From: a virus
Taxonomy: Duplodnaviria > Caudoviricetes
Direction: 5' to 3' (one strand)
Length of the DNA stretch: 25,235 bases
IMG/VR virus record: IMGVR_UViG_3300005512_000301
Coordinates: 1 to 25,235 of that record
Position numbers and translations under genes: made by a program. Shown here piece by piece: positions 1-8,850 of this stretch; the stretch's first letter is position 1, and each line of letters begins with the position of its first letter. Under the pieces are notes generated by a model that worked only from the letters and a program-made list of their open reading frames with translations, made no database searches and had not been told where the DNA came from.

Positions 1-261
1 AATAGGTAGTCCTTTGTTACTACTTCCATCTACACTAGGTGCATTAGACAACACAGGTGAACTGAACATAAACCAACCATCACTTACATAGTTGTAGATA
101 CGCTGTGCTAGTTTCTTGTCTCCACCTGAGAAAGCCTGTGCTGCTCTAGCATATGCTTCCTGTGCTGATGTCTCTTCTTTGGTAGTGTAGTACTTAGTTA
201 CTAACTCTCTAGCCTGTTCACTCATTAGTGAATCTTTTGTTGTATCAATCTTGATTGCCAT
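1..261 (-). CDS. nrdA: Ribonucleotide reductase class I alpha subunit, N-terminal part (runs off window start)
   Basis: Not in ORF track. Manual translation from ATG at 261 (TAATG overlap with the upstream stop) gives MAIKIDTTKDSLMSEQARELVTKYY...QEAYARAAQAF...LAQRIYNYVSDGWFMFSSPVLSNAP...KGLPI. WFMFSSPVLSN and GLPI(SC) are typical of phage/bacterial NrdA lacking an ATP cone. Confidence 0.85.
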   Translation of the reverse strand, partial: MAIKIDTTKDSLMSEQARELVTKYYTTKEETSAQEAYARAAQAFSGGDKKLAQRIYNYVSDGWFMFSSPVLSNAPSVDGSSNKGLPI

Positions 262-776
262 TAAGGTCGTTCCCCTTCTGTAATCCATTTCCAATCTACT
301 AAGTCTGAGTCTTCTACAGTAGGATATAGTATATCATGTATCTTTTCTTCAGGTGGTACAAAAGATGCTGGCTTGATTATCTTTCCGTTCTCATCTTTCT
401 CACTTCCCTTTTGATTGTTAGCTGTTACAACTGCCTGTAAAATTTTTTGCACTTTTGCTCGGCTACCTGTCAGCTTATATAAACTACCTACTGCAACAAA
501 GATAGTATCTGCTAGAGCATCTGCTTGGTTAACTTCCCACTTAGGCTTAAACTCAGGTGACTCTACAAAGAGTGCTATGCGGTCATTAAGTTGTTTGCTT
601 TCTTCTTCATCTTCAGTAGTATATGTAAGGATATCTACTCCAACCTCATCACTTACTGTTTTAATATATGAATGTGCATACTCAGTAACTTCTTCTTGTA
701 GCATAGCATATTCTTTTGTTGGGTCATAGTCTTTATTGTGTCTGTCAACATTCCAATCAATAATCTGGTCAATCAT
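261..776 (-). CDS. MazG-like / PRA-PH-type nucleoside triphosphate pyrophosphohydrolase
   Basis: All-alpha NTP-PPase motifs LQEEVTE and ADALADTIFVAVG, and C-terminal NxxK...DENGKIIKP..F..PE typical of this phage family. Confidence 0.75.
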   Translation of the reverse strand: MIDQIIDWNVDRHNKDYDPTKEYAMLQEEVTEYAHSYIKTVSDEVGVDILTYTTEDEEESKQLNDRIALFVESPEFKPKWEVNQADALADTIFVAVGSLYKLTGSRAKVQKILQAVVTANNQKGSEKDENGKIIKPASFVPPEEKIHDILYPTVEDSDLVDWKWITEGERP

Positions 777-1189
777 TATTCGCTTCCTTTATTTGCAAAG
801 TCTTTTATTGTCTTAATTAGTTTTTCTAAGTTTACTAATAGTAGTTTACTTGCTCTGTTGTCTCCGCCCATAACTGTACGGTTAGGTAACTCTTCTACTA
901 ATTCTTTTAGTACGTCTGTAGGTAACATTATACTTGCTATTAACCTACCATCTTTAACTAGATTCTGTACCCATACATCTGCTTCAGTACTATTAATACC
1001 ACTAGGTTTGTTCCAACTTTCTAACTCAATGCAAATGTTACCTGTTGTAGCCCATTGGTCTCTCTCTGTTTTTACTTCGCAAGTCTTAACACCTTTGAAT
1101 AAATCATCAAGATGTTGTTCCCATTGCTGTCCAAACTCTAAGTCAATATCAAACTTAGAGAACTTACCTTTGTCTTTAGTTGTAGCCAT
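776..1189 (-). CDS. Conserved phage protein, probable PD-(D/E)XK nuclease fold
   Basis: FDIDLEFGQQWE ... EVKTERD.W..TGNICIE..SWNKPSGI..TEAD.W pattern, common in marine podophages; EVK resembles the (D/E)XK motif. Confidence 0.55.
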   Translation of the reverse strand: MATTKDKGKFSKFDIDLEFGQQWEQHLDDLFKGVKTCEVKTERDQWATTGNICIELESWNKPSGINSTEADVWVQNLVKDGRLIASIMLPTDVLKELVEELPNRTVMGGDNRASKLLLVNLEKLIKTIKDFANKGSE

Positions 1190-1197
1190 TCCTATCC

Positions 1198-1599
1198 TTA
1201 GTGTTCATACTTAGTCCAACGATAACCAGCATTGCTGTTATAGTTAGTAGTGTCTAATGACAAGTTTGAACTATCAATTTCTTCAGCAGGTATCTCCCAC
1301 ACCCTGTCTTCAAAGATAATTAGTAGAATATCATACCTGTCTTTTGGTTGTGTATCTTTATACTTGTGTGTCAAGCGTGTCCTACATTGTAGGTACGAGT
1401 ATTTTCCAGACTTAACCCAAGTAGCTGTCTTAACTTGAACTTTCTTCAAGCCATCTTTATCGACTACGAAGTCAACCCATCCTTGTTGTACAACTGGTAC
1501 ATATACTTGACAGCCTTCAGAAAGATAAAATTGTTGTGCCTTAAGCTCGCTTAATGCCCCTGTGTAATGGTCTTTATGTAATCCAGTATTATCTATCAA
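1198..1599 (-). CDS. PD-(D/E)XK endonuclease, homing-endonuclease-like (I-Ssp6803I/PDDEXK_5-type)
   Basis: GALSELKA...GCQVYVP......DFVVD.....KVQVKTA...Y.....YDIL pattern; start overlaps the DNA polymerase stop (ATGA). Confidence 0.7.
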   Translation of the reverse strand: MIDNTGLHKDHYTGALSELKAQQFYLSEGCQVYVPVVQQGWVDFVVDKDGLKKVQVKTATWVKSGKYSYLQCRTRLTHKYKDTQPKDRYDILLIIFEDRVWEIPAEEIDSSNLSLDTTNYNSNAGYRWTKYEH

Positions 1600-3395
1600 T
1601 GCGTTTCACTCCAGTTATTTCCTATCTTTGCCTCTCCTTCAAGCTTACACCTAAAGTTAAGCCTGTCAGTTACATCTGAAAAAGTATCTTCACATATCTT
1701 AGCAACTGTTTCTGCCTGTGTTTCTAGTACTTGTATTTGAATTTCATCGTGTATATTACCTACTATCTTATAGTCTACATTAGCTTGTTTAAGTTTACTA
1801 TCTAGTATTACTACATAATACTTCATAACATAAGCACCAGCTGATTGTAGTAGTGTATTAAGGGCAGAGTGTTGGCTTCTTACAAACAGTCTACGTCCTG
1901 TTAATCCTTTTAAGTAACCTCTCTTTGCTGCTTTCTTAACAGAAGTAACCAAATCATTTAAGCCCTTAGTACGTTTAAGAAAAGTATTCTTTAGTACCTT
2001 ACCTTCTTTACTAGTACCGTTAACTATCTCTCCTATCTTTGCATCACCTGCACCATATAGGAAACCGTAAATAAATGTTTTTGCATTATCTCTTGTAGGT
2101 AAACCAGCGGCTTGCTGATTAGCTGTATGTATATCAGACTCTAATAATTTAGTACCGTAAGCCCCTCCGTCATAGAGTGCAAGGTAATGGGATAAAGTAC
2201 GTAGTTCCAACCCACTAGCATCACAACCAACAAGCTTATACTTACTAGGTACAGTAAATAATTCTCTGCTTTCTTTCCCCTTAAACGCCCTAATTGATGG
2301 TACTTGCGCCATATTAGGATTGTTATGCGTAAACCTACCAGTAACAGCACCGAGTATATTAGCATTACCATGAATACGATTATCATTTCTTACTTTCTTT
2401 AACCAAGCATTGTCTCCTTCTGCTAGTTGCCCTAACAGTTTCTTTACTTCAAAGAAATGTAGTAAAGGCTTAGACCAGGATTCTTTTTTAAACATATTTG
2501 CTAAGGTAACAGCATCTGTCTTTGGATTTCCTTTATCTGTTAACTGCCATTTCTGTTTACCATATAGTTCTTCAATCCATCTTACTATATGCTGACCAGA
2601 ACCAGGATTAAAGATAACATCCTCATAGTATCCCCAACCACAATCGTACTGCTTACATCCTTTCTCTTCCTGTTTTATTAAAGCTGTTGCTTTATTCCCA
2701 TCCTTCTTGTAAGGATTCTTTGGGTAGTTTACAGGTACAAAAGTAGGCAGTGGTTTGAATACAGAGTATAGTTCTTTCTCTGCCTTCTCTAATGAATCTA
2801 ATAACTCTACGTGTAAACGTTGTGCTTTCTTAACATCAAACAACCAACCATCTATATGTTGTTGTGTTACTACCTTCTGTACTTCTTGCTCTAACCATAA
2901 TGCTTCATTGGGTAGCCAAGGAGTTTTACGTTTTAAGTGTGTATATAGTTTAACTGTTACTGCCACATCTTGCTTACAATAATCGTCCATTTCTTTAGAA
3001 TATTTAGTCCAATCATTGTGACTTCCTTTGGGGAAACCTAATCTTTGTCCGTAAGAATCTAGTGAGTGACTAAAACTTTTATCTTTATCATAATAAGCTA
3101 GTCTGCCTAGAATTAATGTGTCTACAATATCAATGCTGTTATCTATATGTACACCTGATAGTTTTGCAAGTGCTGGACAATCATATCCTATGATGTTGTG
3201 TCCTACAATACAAGTAGCTGTGTTAAGATGTTCAGTCATAGACTTTGCATCAGTAAACCTTTCCCATTTCTTATTCTCTATACAGTAAGTCCAGCCTATC
3301 CAAAACTTACTACATTCTAATAGTAATCCATCTGTTTCTATATCAAACACAAGAGTCTTAGAATTCTGGTTCAATGTCTTTTCTGTCTGACTCAT
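1596..3395 (-). CDS. Family A DNA polymerase with 3'-5' exonuclease (T7 gp5-like)
   Basis: Exo I FDIETDG, Exo II GHNIIGYD, Exo III YCKQDV, motif A DASGLELR, motif B RDNAKTFIYGFLYGAG, motif C IHDEIQ. ORF is open from 3410; the AAGGA RBS favours ATG at 3395 or 3398. Confidence 0.97.
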   Translation of the reverse strand: MSQTEKTLNQNSKTLVFDIETDGLLLECSKFWIGWTYCIENKKWERFTDAKSMTEHLNTATCIVGHNIIGYDCPALAKLSGVHIDNSIDIVDTLILGRLAYYDKDKSFSHSLDSYGQRLGFPKGSHNDWTKYSKEMDDYCKQDVAVTVKLYTHLKRKTPWLPNEALWLEQEVQKVVTQQHIDGWLFDVKKAQRLHVELLDSLEKAEKELYSVFKPLPTFVPVNYPKNPYKKDGNKATALIKQEEKGCKQYDCGWGYYEDVIFNPGSGQHIVRWIEELYGKQKWQLTDKGNPKTDAVTLANMFKKESWSKPLLHFFEVKKLLGQLAEGDNAWLKKVRNDNRIHGNANILGAVTGRFTHNNPNMAQVPSIRAFKGKESRELFTVPSKYKLVGCDASGLELRTLSHYLALYDGGAYGTKLLESDIHTANQQAAGLPTRDNAKTFIYGFLYGAGDAKIGEIVNGTSKEGKVLKNTFLKRTKGLNDLVTSVKKAAKRGYLKGLTGRRLFVRSQHSALNTLLQSAGAYVMKYYVVILDSKLKQANVDYKIVGNIHDEIQIQVLETQAETVAKICEDTFSDVTDRLNFRCKLEGEAKIGNNWSETH

Positions 3396-4974
3396 CATCG
3401 AATCCTTCATATTCTAATAATCTCCCTGTCTCGTTATAGTACTTGACCTTACCAGCTAAACCGTTTTCACCTGTATATCTGTTCTTAAGGATACGTACAT
3501 TACCTACGTTACTGTCTACCTCTGCTTGTTGGTCTCTCTCAAGAGCAACTACTGCATCTGATAGCTGTGCAATACCACCTGAACCACGTAGATGTGATAG
3601 GGTTACTTCGTGCCCATTCTCAAAACCTTTATCTCCTTGCGCTCTACGTAAGTGAGAAATTATTACAATACCTACTTTAGTTTCTTCTGCAAGGCTTCTT
3701 AATGCTGTCATAAGATTATCTATAGCGATACGCTCATTGTCACCATAACCTCCGCCAGATACTACAATACTAATATGGTCGAGGAATATGAAGTCTACTT
3801 CAGCACCTACTGCAAGGTAACGTAGTTTACTAATAAGTACATCACTCTCTAATGAACCCCAATGGTCATAAAAGAATACTCTATCGTTTGTAATAGTATC
3901 TTCATAAGCTTTCTGTAAACTTTCTTTACTTGCTTTGCTTCTTTCTTCTTCAAGGTATACTGGGGCATCCATATTAAGACTCATGAAACCTAGAGCAGAC
4001 CGTTGTGTATTCTCTTCAAGAGCAACCCATCCAATCTTAAGACCTTCATCCATCATAAGACTATACGCAATCTCACGTACCATTGTAGTCTTACCCATAC
4101 CAGAACCAGCAGTAAAAGTAACTAACTCACCTTTACGGAAGCCTCTAAGCATCTTATTTATACCACTATAAGGTGTTGTATAAGATTTAGTGTTGTCAAT
4201 ATTAGTTACATCATCAAAAGATAATTGACTACCAGAAATAATACCACTAGGTGTAAATAGTTGTGTTTCATAGTATACTTTTAGTACACCTGCCTTACCC
4301 TTATCTTGCAGTAACTCGTTGAAATCTTTATACTTTCCTAGGTTAACTATAGTAACCTTACCTGGAGTAAATAAACTACTTACATCTTGTACTGCCTTCT
4401 TACCAGCTTCATCATTATCAAAAGCTAAGGTAATCTCGTCATAAGAATTTAAGAATTCTATATGTTCTTTAAGGTCATTACGTGCTGAAGCCGCACCATT
4501 ATTAATAGATATTACAGGATACTTACCGTTGATAGCCTCAGCTACTGATAAAGCATCTAGTTCACCCTCAGTAATAATAATACGTTTACCACCATTACGC
4601 CATTGTTTCATTCCGAAAGGTACTGCCTTCTTAGCTTTACCATTCCAGCTGAATGTTTTATCAGGGTAACGTAACTTCTGTGCTACTATATTACCTTGGT
4701 TATCATAATGATTAATGATATGGTTTCCATCTGGTGTTTTATGGTAATCATATTGACTAAAGATATCTGGTGAGATGCCTCTGATTGGTTTGATAATCCT
4801 TGTAGTTTCTTTTATATTCCAAGTCTCGTCAGTAAAATCTTGCTCTGGCATATATTCCTCTCCTTTAATAGCCCAAGCCTTTTCACACGCAAAACATTTC
4901 ATAATGTTCTTTCCTGGTAACTGACTAGCAGCATCAGAACTTCCACAATAAGGACATTCTACGTGTCTAAGCAT
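3358..4974 (-). CDS. DNA primase-helicase (T7 gp4-like)
   Basis: Zn ribbon CPYC...CFAC, TOPRIM EGELD and FDND, SF4 Walker A GSGMGKT, LDHIS, LRGSGGIAQLSD, LKNRYTGE, acidic tail ending in F. Confidence 0.96.
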   Translation of the reverse strand: MLRHVECPYCGSSDAASQLPGKNIMKCFACEKAWAIKGEEYMPEQDFTDETWNIKETTRIIKPIRGISPDIFSQYDYHKTPDGNHIINHYDNQGNIVAQKLRYPDKTFSWNGKAKKAVPFGMKQWRNGGKRIIITEGELDALSVAEAINGKYPVISINNGAASARNDLKEHIEFLNSYDEITLAFDNDEAGKKAVQDVSSLFTPGKVTIVNLGKYKDFNELLQDKGKAGVLKVYYETQLFTPSGIISGSQLSFDDVTNIDNTKSYTTPYSGINKMLRGFRKGELVTFTAGSGMGKTTMVREIAYSLMMDEGLKIGWVALEENTQRSALGFMSLNMDAPVYLEEERSKASKESLQKAYEDTITNDRVFFYDHWGSLESDVLISKLRYLAVGAEVDFIFLDHISIVVSGGGYGDNERIAIDNLMTALRSLAEETKVGIVIISHLRRAQGDKGFENGHEVTLSHLRGSGGIAQLSDAVVALERDQQAEVDSNVGNVRILKNRYTGENGLAGKVKYYNETGRLLEYEGFDDESDRKDIEPEF

Positions 4975-5354
4975 ATAACTTCTACCTCACATCTAGGGTT
5001 TTCTGTATCTACTCCCCCTATCTTGTACGTTACTCTAGGTAAGTGGTGGTAGTTATCATCTGGAATATATCCTAATTCTGTTAAAGCATCAGTTTGATAC
5101 TTATCAATTACACAACAAACATTACTAATATCTCTTAATCTTTTATCTGGTAAATACAATGTATATACTAACTCAAACTTTTCAAACCTAAACTCAGGAC
5201 AAGCATCAGCTACTCGCTTCTTTGTTTCCTTCTTTAAATTATTGTTTAGGTGGAAAGGCATGTTTCTATAAAGATTAAGGTTCAAATAATGTTTTTTCTT
5301 TTTATTAACCCCTGTCTCAATGAACAGGGGCAAAGCGTATTTAACACTTTCCAT
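4959..5354 (-). CDS. RusA-like Holliday junction resolvase
   Basis: RDISN...K...DAL...G.IPDDN...ENPRCEVEV matches the RusA DxDN..K...DAL...DD pattern. Confidence 0.7.
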   Translation of the reverse strand: MESVKYALPLFIETGVNKKKKHYLNLNLYRNMPFHLNNNLKKETKKRVADACPEFRFEKFELVYTLYLPDKRLRDISNVCCVIDKYQTDALTELGYIPDDNYHHLPRVTYKIGGVDTENPRCEVEVICLDT

Positions 5355-5397
5355 ATTGCCCCTTTAATTTTTTAGTTATTTTTCAGAACCATTGATT

Positions 5398-5967
5398 TTA
5401 GAATTCATCATCTGTATCGAAAGGTACATTAGAACCTCCTGTCTCATCTCCGAATCCTGAGTCACCTTTAGCCGAATATTCTACAAGATTGATTACCTGT
5501 ACTGCATAGAACTTTAAAGATACGCCTACCATCTTGGTAGAGTTCATATAGTAAGGACGTGCCTGGAACTTAACCTTTACTGTTGAGCCGTTGCCTACTA
5601 ATCTATCCCAATCATCTACCTTTTTACCAGAGGCATCATAGATATCAATCTTATTCATTGTGCCATTGTAGCCTTCTGCTGGTAGTTTGAAACTAAAGAA
5701 CTCTTTACCTTCATCATCCTCTTTGACAGCATCTGCTAGACCAACTACTTTCTTATCTTTATCTTCTACCTCTGACTTAGCTGAGGCGATAATGCTTTCA
5801 AACATAGTTACGTGTTTGTCTAGGTCTTCTTTTTCAGGGTATACATTGATTGAGTACTTACCGTAGTCATCAGGTTCTAGTACCTTAGCCCATTTTGCTG
5901 TACCTTTTAGGTATCCGTATACTGCTTCTGTATCTGTAATAATTTGTTGTGGTTTCTTGATAGCCAT
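5398..5967 (-). CDS. Single-stranded DNA-binding protein (T7 gp2.5-like)
   Basis: G.AKWAK..EPD..GKYS, GNGSTVKV, VSLKFYAVQVINLVEY, acidic tail ending DDEF; syntenic position. Confidence 0.88.
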   Translation of the reverse strand: MAIKKPQQIITDTEAVYGYLKGTAKWAKVLEPDDYGKYSINVYPEKEDLDKHVTMFESIIASAKSEVEDKDKKVVGLADAVKEDDEGKEFFSFKLPAEGYNGTMNKIDIYDASGKKVDDWDRLVGNGSTVKVKFQARPYYMNSTKMVGVSLKFYAVQVINLVEYSAKGDSGFGDETGGSNVPFDTDDEF

Positions 5968-5979
5968 TGTTGTCTCTCC

Positions 5980-6174
5980 TTAGTTAATTTCTTTTGCTGG
6001 TGTTTCTTCTGATACTTCTGTAAAGTTTTCTAGGATGTCATTAACAGGTACACCACTCTCTTTTGATGCTACCTCAATCAATGCTCCAGCCATACCTAGA
6101 ATCTCTAGAATAGTTCCTTCTCCATCAATGATTACCTCTGAATCATCGTTTGTCGTTACTGTTAGTTTTCCCAC
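5980..6174 (-). CDS. Small acidic hypothetical protein
   Basis: GTG start with GGAG RBS, tight packing between RNAP and SSB. Confidence 0.6.
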   Translation of the reverse strand: MGKLTVTTNDDSEVIIDGEGTILEILGMAGALIEVASKESGVPVNDILENFTEVSEETPAKEIN

Positions 6175-6183
6175 TTTCTCTCC

Positions 6184-8613
6184 TTAACTTATAATATAGT
6201 TTGCTTCTCTTACTTCTAACAACTCTAGGTCTCCATAAGGGGGTAGTTGTACTATACCTTCTGGGTCAAGTTGTTGTTTGAAGTTGTTTAATGGGTCTAG
6301 TGACATGACTGTTATAAACCCTTCTTTGTAACACTCTTGTATCTCATCACCCTCATTAGGATGTACAAGAAAACAATCATGTATTACTCCAATGTTAGTA
6401 CTCATATTATCTACACAAAACATAAGGATGGTAGAGTCAATGTTATGTACAAAGTTTGGTGCAATGCTGTTACGCTGTCTGCGCTTGTTTAGTTTAGGTG
6501 ACTCAATGTTTAAAGATAGTCTACCATAAGGTGTCTGTACTTGTGTAACAGATAAGTCTAAAGCTGTCTGCCTAACAGGGAAGTCATACAGTACGCCCTT
6601 CCATGTTGCGGGTTCTTCTTGTAACTTAGACACCTCTACTAGATAGTCCTGTCCTTTCTTAGCTCCCTTAATAGTATCATAGATAGCTCCCTCATTCAAC
6701 TCAGTAAGTATCTTATTAGCTACAAACTTATCTCCTGACCAGAACTCTTTGCCCTTTAAGGTAGCTTCATCCATCTTATCCCATAACTGATTACTCATTC
6801 CTCTCTTAGTAACAGAGTAAGGTACAGTCATTACATTACGCTTAACAATACTTCTTGTAATATTACCTGACATACTATCACCTACTGCCTTACCATTGAT
6901 AGAGTGTTGTTGTCCTTCTCTATCTTTGTAATCTACAATAGGGTTGTAAGTACCTGCCTTTAATGTATTGTTAACCTTATCTGCTACAATCTGATAGATA
7001 TCATTACGGCTATTGCCTATTACATTAACTGATAATGCACCATCCCTATCCCTAAGTAGCCCTGAGTACATCTGTATTCCAGAACAAGTAGCGTCTAATT
7101 GTATAGGTAAGTGTACAGGTTTATCATTAATGTAATCTCTGTATGCTAGACAACTAGCCATGAACTCAAACGGACTGTCTGTCCATACCCAATCAGCTAG
7201 AGTTCCTAATGGGTCAGCTGATATAGACAATAACATATCATGATTACTATCTACCCAGGCTAACCTCTCTTCAAACTCTTCCTTGTCAAGACCATAACAG
7301 TTAGCTATATGTATCTTTAACCAGAACTCCCCAATATCATCTAGTACCTTACCTTCTGAGAATTCCATCATAGCCTTTGTATGTGCCTGTCCTTGAGGAG
7401 ATAAGAAGTTTACCTTACTGTATACCCTACCCCTGTAATCTACCTCATAAGGGAAGTATAGTCCTGCGTACTTCTTCATCCTGTCTGCTACTGATAAGGT
7501 GAATAGTAAGTCAATACGTTTACTATCATCAGCGTTACTTCTGATATCTATGTCTTCCCTTTGTCTATTATAGTCAGACCATTCAGCATAGTTTTCTTTG
7601 TCTATCATGTCCTTAGAACTAAAGCCATCACGTGTGGGTAATTCTCCATACAAGTATGGTGCTAACTCAGGTGACTTAGGGTCAACCATATTGTTATCGA
7701 ATATATGTTTTATTACATCATATACTTCGGTATTTACTCTCCACGCTGTTTTTTGTAGCTTGTTTATAATAGGGTATACCTTTGTTAGTTTCTGTTGATG
7801 TAGGTAGTTCTCTACATCCCTAGACCTAGTAGTAAACAAACTACTCTTTCCTGTTAAGAAACCTCCACCAGTATTAGCAGTCCAATCCTTAGGTGGTACA
7901 ATCATTGGTAACTTATTGACTGCCGCTTCAGTTAATGGAGTAATATCTAAACTACGTATTACATCAGCCGCCTGGTTTGTAAGTCGTACAAGATATTGGC
8001 TCTTGTTATGTCCTACTATTTCCTTACGTACCTCAATAATATTAGCACCACTTAACTCTAGTAAGTTTATTAGTGTAGTACCTAACCTTAACATAAGTTT
8101 AGTATCGCTATCATACTTACCTAGATTATATAAATCTTTAACGTGTGTTTCTAATAGCTCTTTCTTCTTACGTTTGCTTGCTCTCCTAAACCTCTGGCCT
8201 AAGTAAGTATGTAGTTTAGGGTTATCTTCCTTTAACTTGTTGAATAAGAAAATATCCCTCATATTACGTACACAACTAATAGCCGTATGGGATAGGGTGT
8301 TACCACCTGCCGCACCGTTTATCACGTTGGTTAGTACAGTAAAAGCTACTACATCCATATCATCTGACATAAGAAGTAGTAAATCTTTAGGCTTACTATC
8401 ATGATTAGTAAACTCAGTATTTACGTACTCATTTAACTTAGTTACGTATGCTTCATACCCTAGCTTTACTAGTACCTGTCCATATATAGTATCAGATATA
8501 CTATTATTAGCTATTGCCTTTCTAATAGTACGTACTACTTTATGTACACCCTCTTCTTCTTTTAGTTTCTCTAGTTCTAACTGTTCTTTTACAGTACCTA
8601 GTATCCTATTCAT
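6184..8613 (-). CDS. Single-subunit DNA-dependent RNA polymerase (T7 gp1-like)
   Basis: DYRGRVY, motif A PIQLDATCSGIQ, motif B RSIVKRNVMTVPYS, APNFVHNIDS, motif C IHDCF; GGGAGAG RBS. Confidence 0.97.
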   Translation of the reverse strand: MNRILGTVKEQLELEKLKEEEGVHKVVRTIRKAIANNSISDTIYGQVLVKLGYEAYVTKLNEYVNTEFTNHDSKPKDLLLLMSDDMDVVAFTVLTNVINGAAGGNTLSHTAISCVRNMRDIFLFNKLKEDNPKLHTYLGQRFRRASKRKKKELLETHVKDLYNLGKYDSDTKLMLRLGTTLINLLELSGANIIEVRKEIVGHNKSQYLVRLTNQAADVIRSLDITPLTEAAVNKLPMIVPPKDWTANTGGGFLTGKSSLFTTRSRDVENYLHQQKLTKVYPIINKLQKTAWRVNTEVYDVIKHIFDNNMVDPKSPELAPYLYGELPTRDGFSSKDMIDKENYAEWSDYNRQREDIDIRSNADDSKRIDLLFTLSVADRMKKYAGLYFPYEVDYRGRVYSKVNFLSPQGQAHTKAMMEFSEGKVLDDIGEFWLKIHIANCYGLDKEEFEERLAWVDSNHDMLLSISADPLGTLADWVWTDSPFEFMASCLAYRDYINDKPVHLPIQLDATCSGIQMYSGLLRDRDGALSVNVIGNSRNDIYQIVADKVNNTLKAGTYNPIVDYKDREGQQHSINGKAVGDSMSGNITRSIVKRNVMTVPYSVTKRGMSNQLWDKMDEATLKGKEFWSGDKFVANKILTELNEGAIYDTIKGAKKGQDYLVEVSKLQEEPATWKGVLYDFPVRQTALDLSVTQVQTPYGRLSLNIESPKLNKRRQRNSIAPNFVHNIDSTILMFCVDNMSTNIGVIHDCFLVHPNEGDEIQECYKEGFITVMSLDPLNNFKQQLDPEGIVQLPPYGDLELLEVREANYIIS

Positions 8614-8623
8614 ACTCTCCCTC

Positions 8624-8670
8624 TAGTATAAGTAATAGTATAAGTAATAGTATAAGTAATAGTATAAGTA
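8624..8670. repeat. Tandem 12-bp repeat TAGTATAAGTAA x~4, followed by a degenerate AT-rich tract to ~8720
   Basis: Units at 8624, 8636, 8648 and 8660 (last one 11/12). Confidence 0.92.
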
Positions 8671-8730
8671 TAATAGTAATAGTATAACTATAATAGTAAT
8701 ATAATATCTAATTATTTATCTTAATCTTAA

Positions 8731-8752
8731 CCACTTGTAGCTACTCCTAGCA
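8731..8752 (-). promoter_or_regulatory. Candidate phage-RNAP promoter TGCTAGGAGTAGCTACAAGT|GG
   Basis: 14/16 identity over 8737-8752 with 13147-13162; both are intergenic, same orientation as the genes, with GG at the same offset. Confidence 0.4.
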
Positions 8753-8797
8753 GGAATAACGGTTAAGTTGTTGATATCATTAGTAAATCAGACTACT

Positions 8798-8838
8798 AAA
8801 AAAACTACTTGGAATAACGTATCTATTACTAAGTAGTT
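8798..8838 (-). terminator. Putative intrinsic terminator after phoH
   Basis: Minus strand AACTACTT...AAGTAGTT stem running into a T7 tract; the stem is AT-rich, so probably weak. Confidence 0.5.
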
Positions 8839-8850
8839 ATCCTACCCTTA

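Noticed and set aside
1198-1620. Group I intron splitting the DNA polymerase
   Set aside because: The polymerase is complete through motif C and its natural C-terminus (GNNWSETH), leaving no room for intron core RNA.
2141-2386. Hydrophobic 81-aa alternate-frame ORF inside the polymerase (holin-like)
   Set aside because: Lies over conserved polymerase motifs, has no clear RBS, and the hydrophobicity is expected from shifted AT-rich codons.
8763-8783. TAAGTTGTTGATATCATTAG as an att/dif-like integration site
   Set aside because: No integrase in the window, no recognisable XerC/XerD arms or tRNA fragment, single occurrence.
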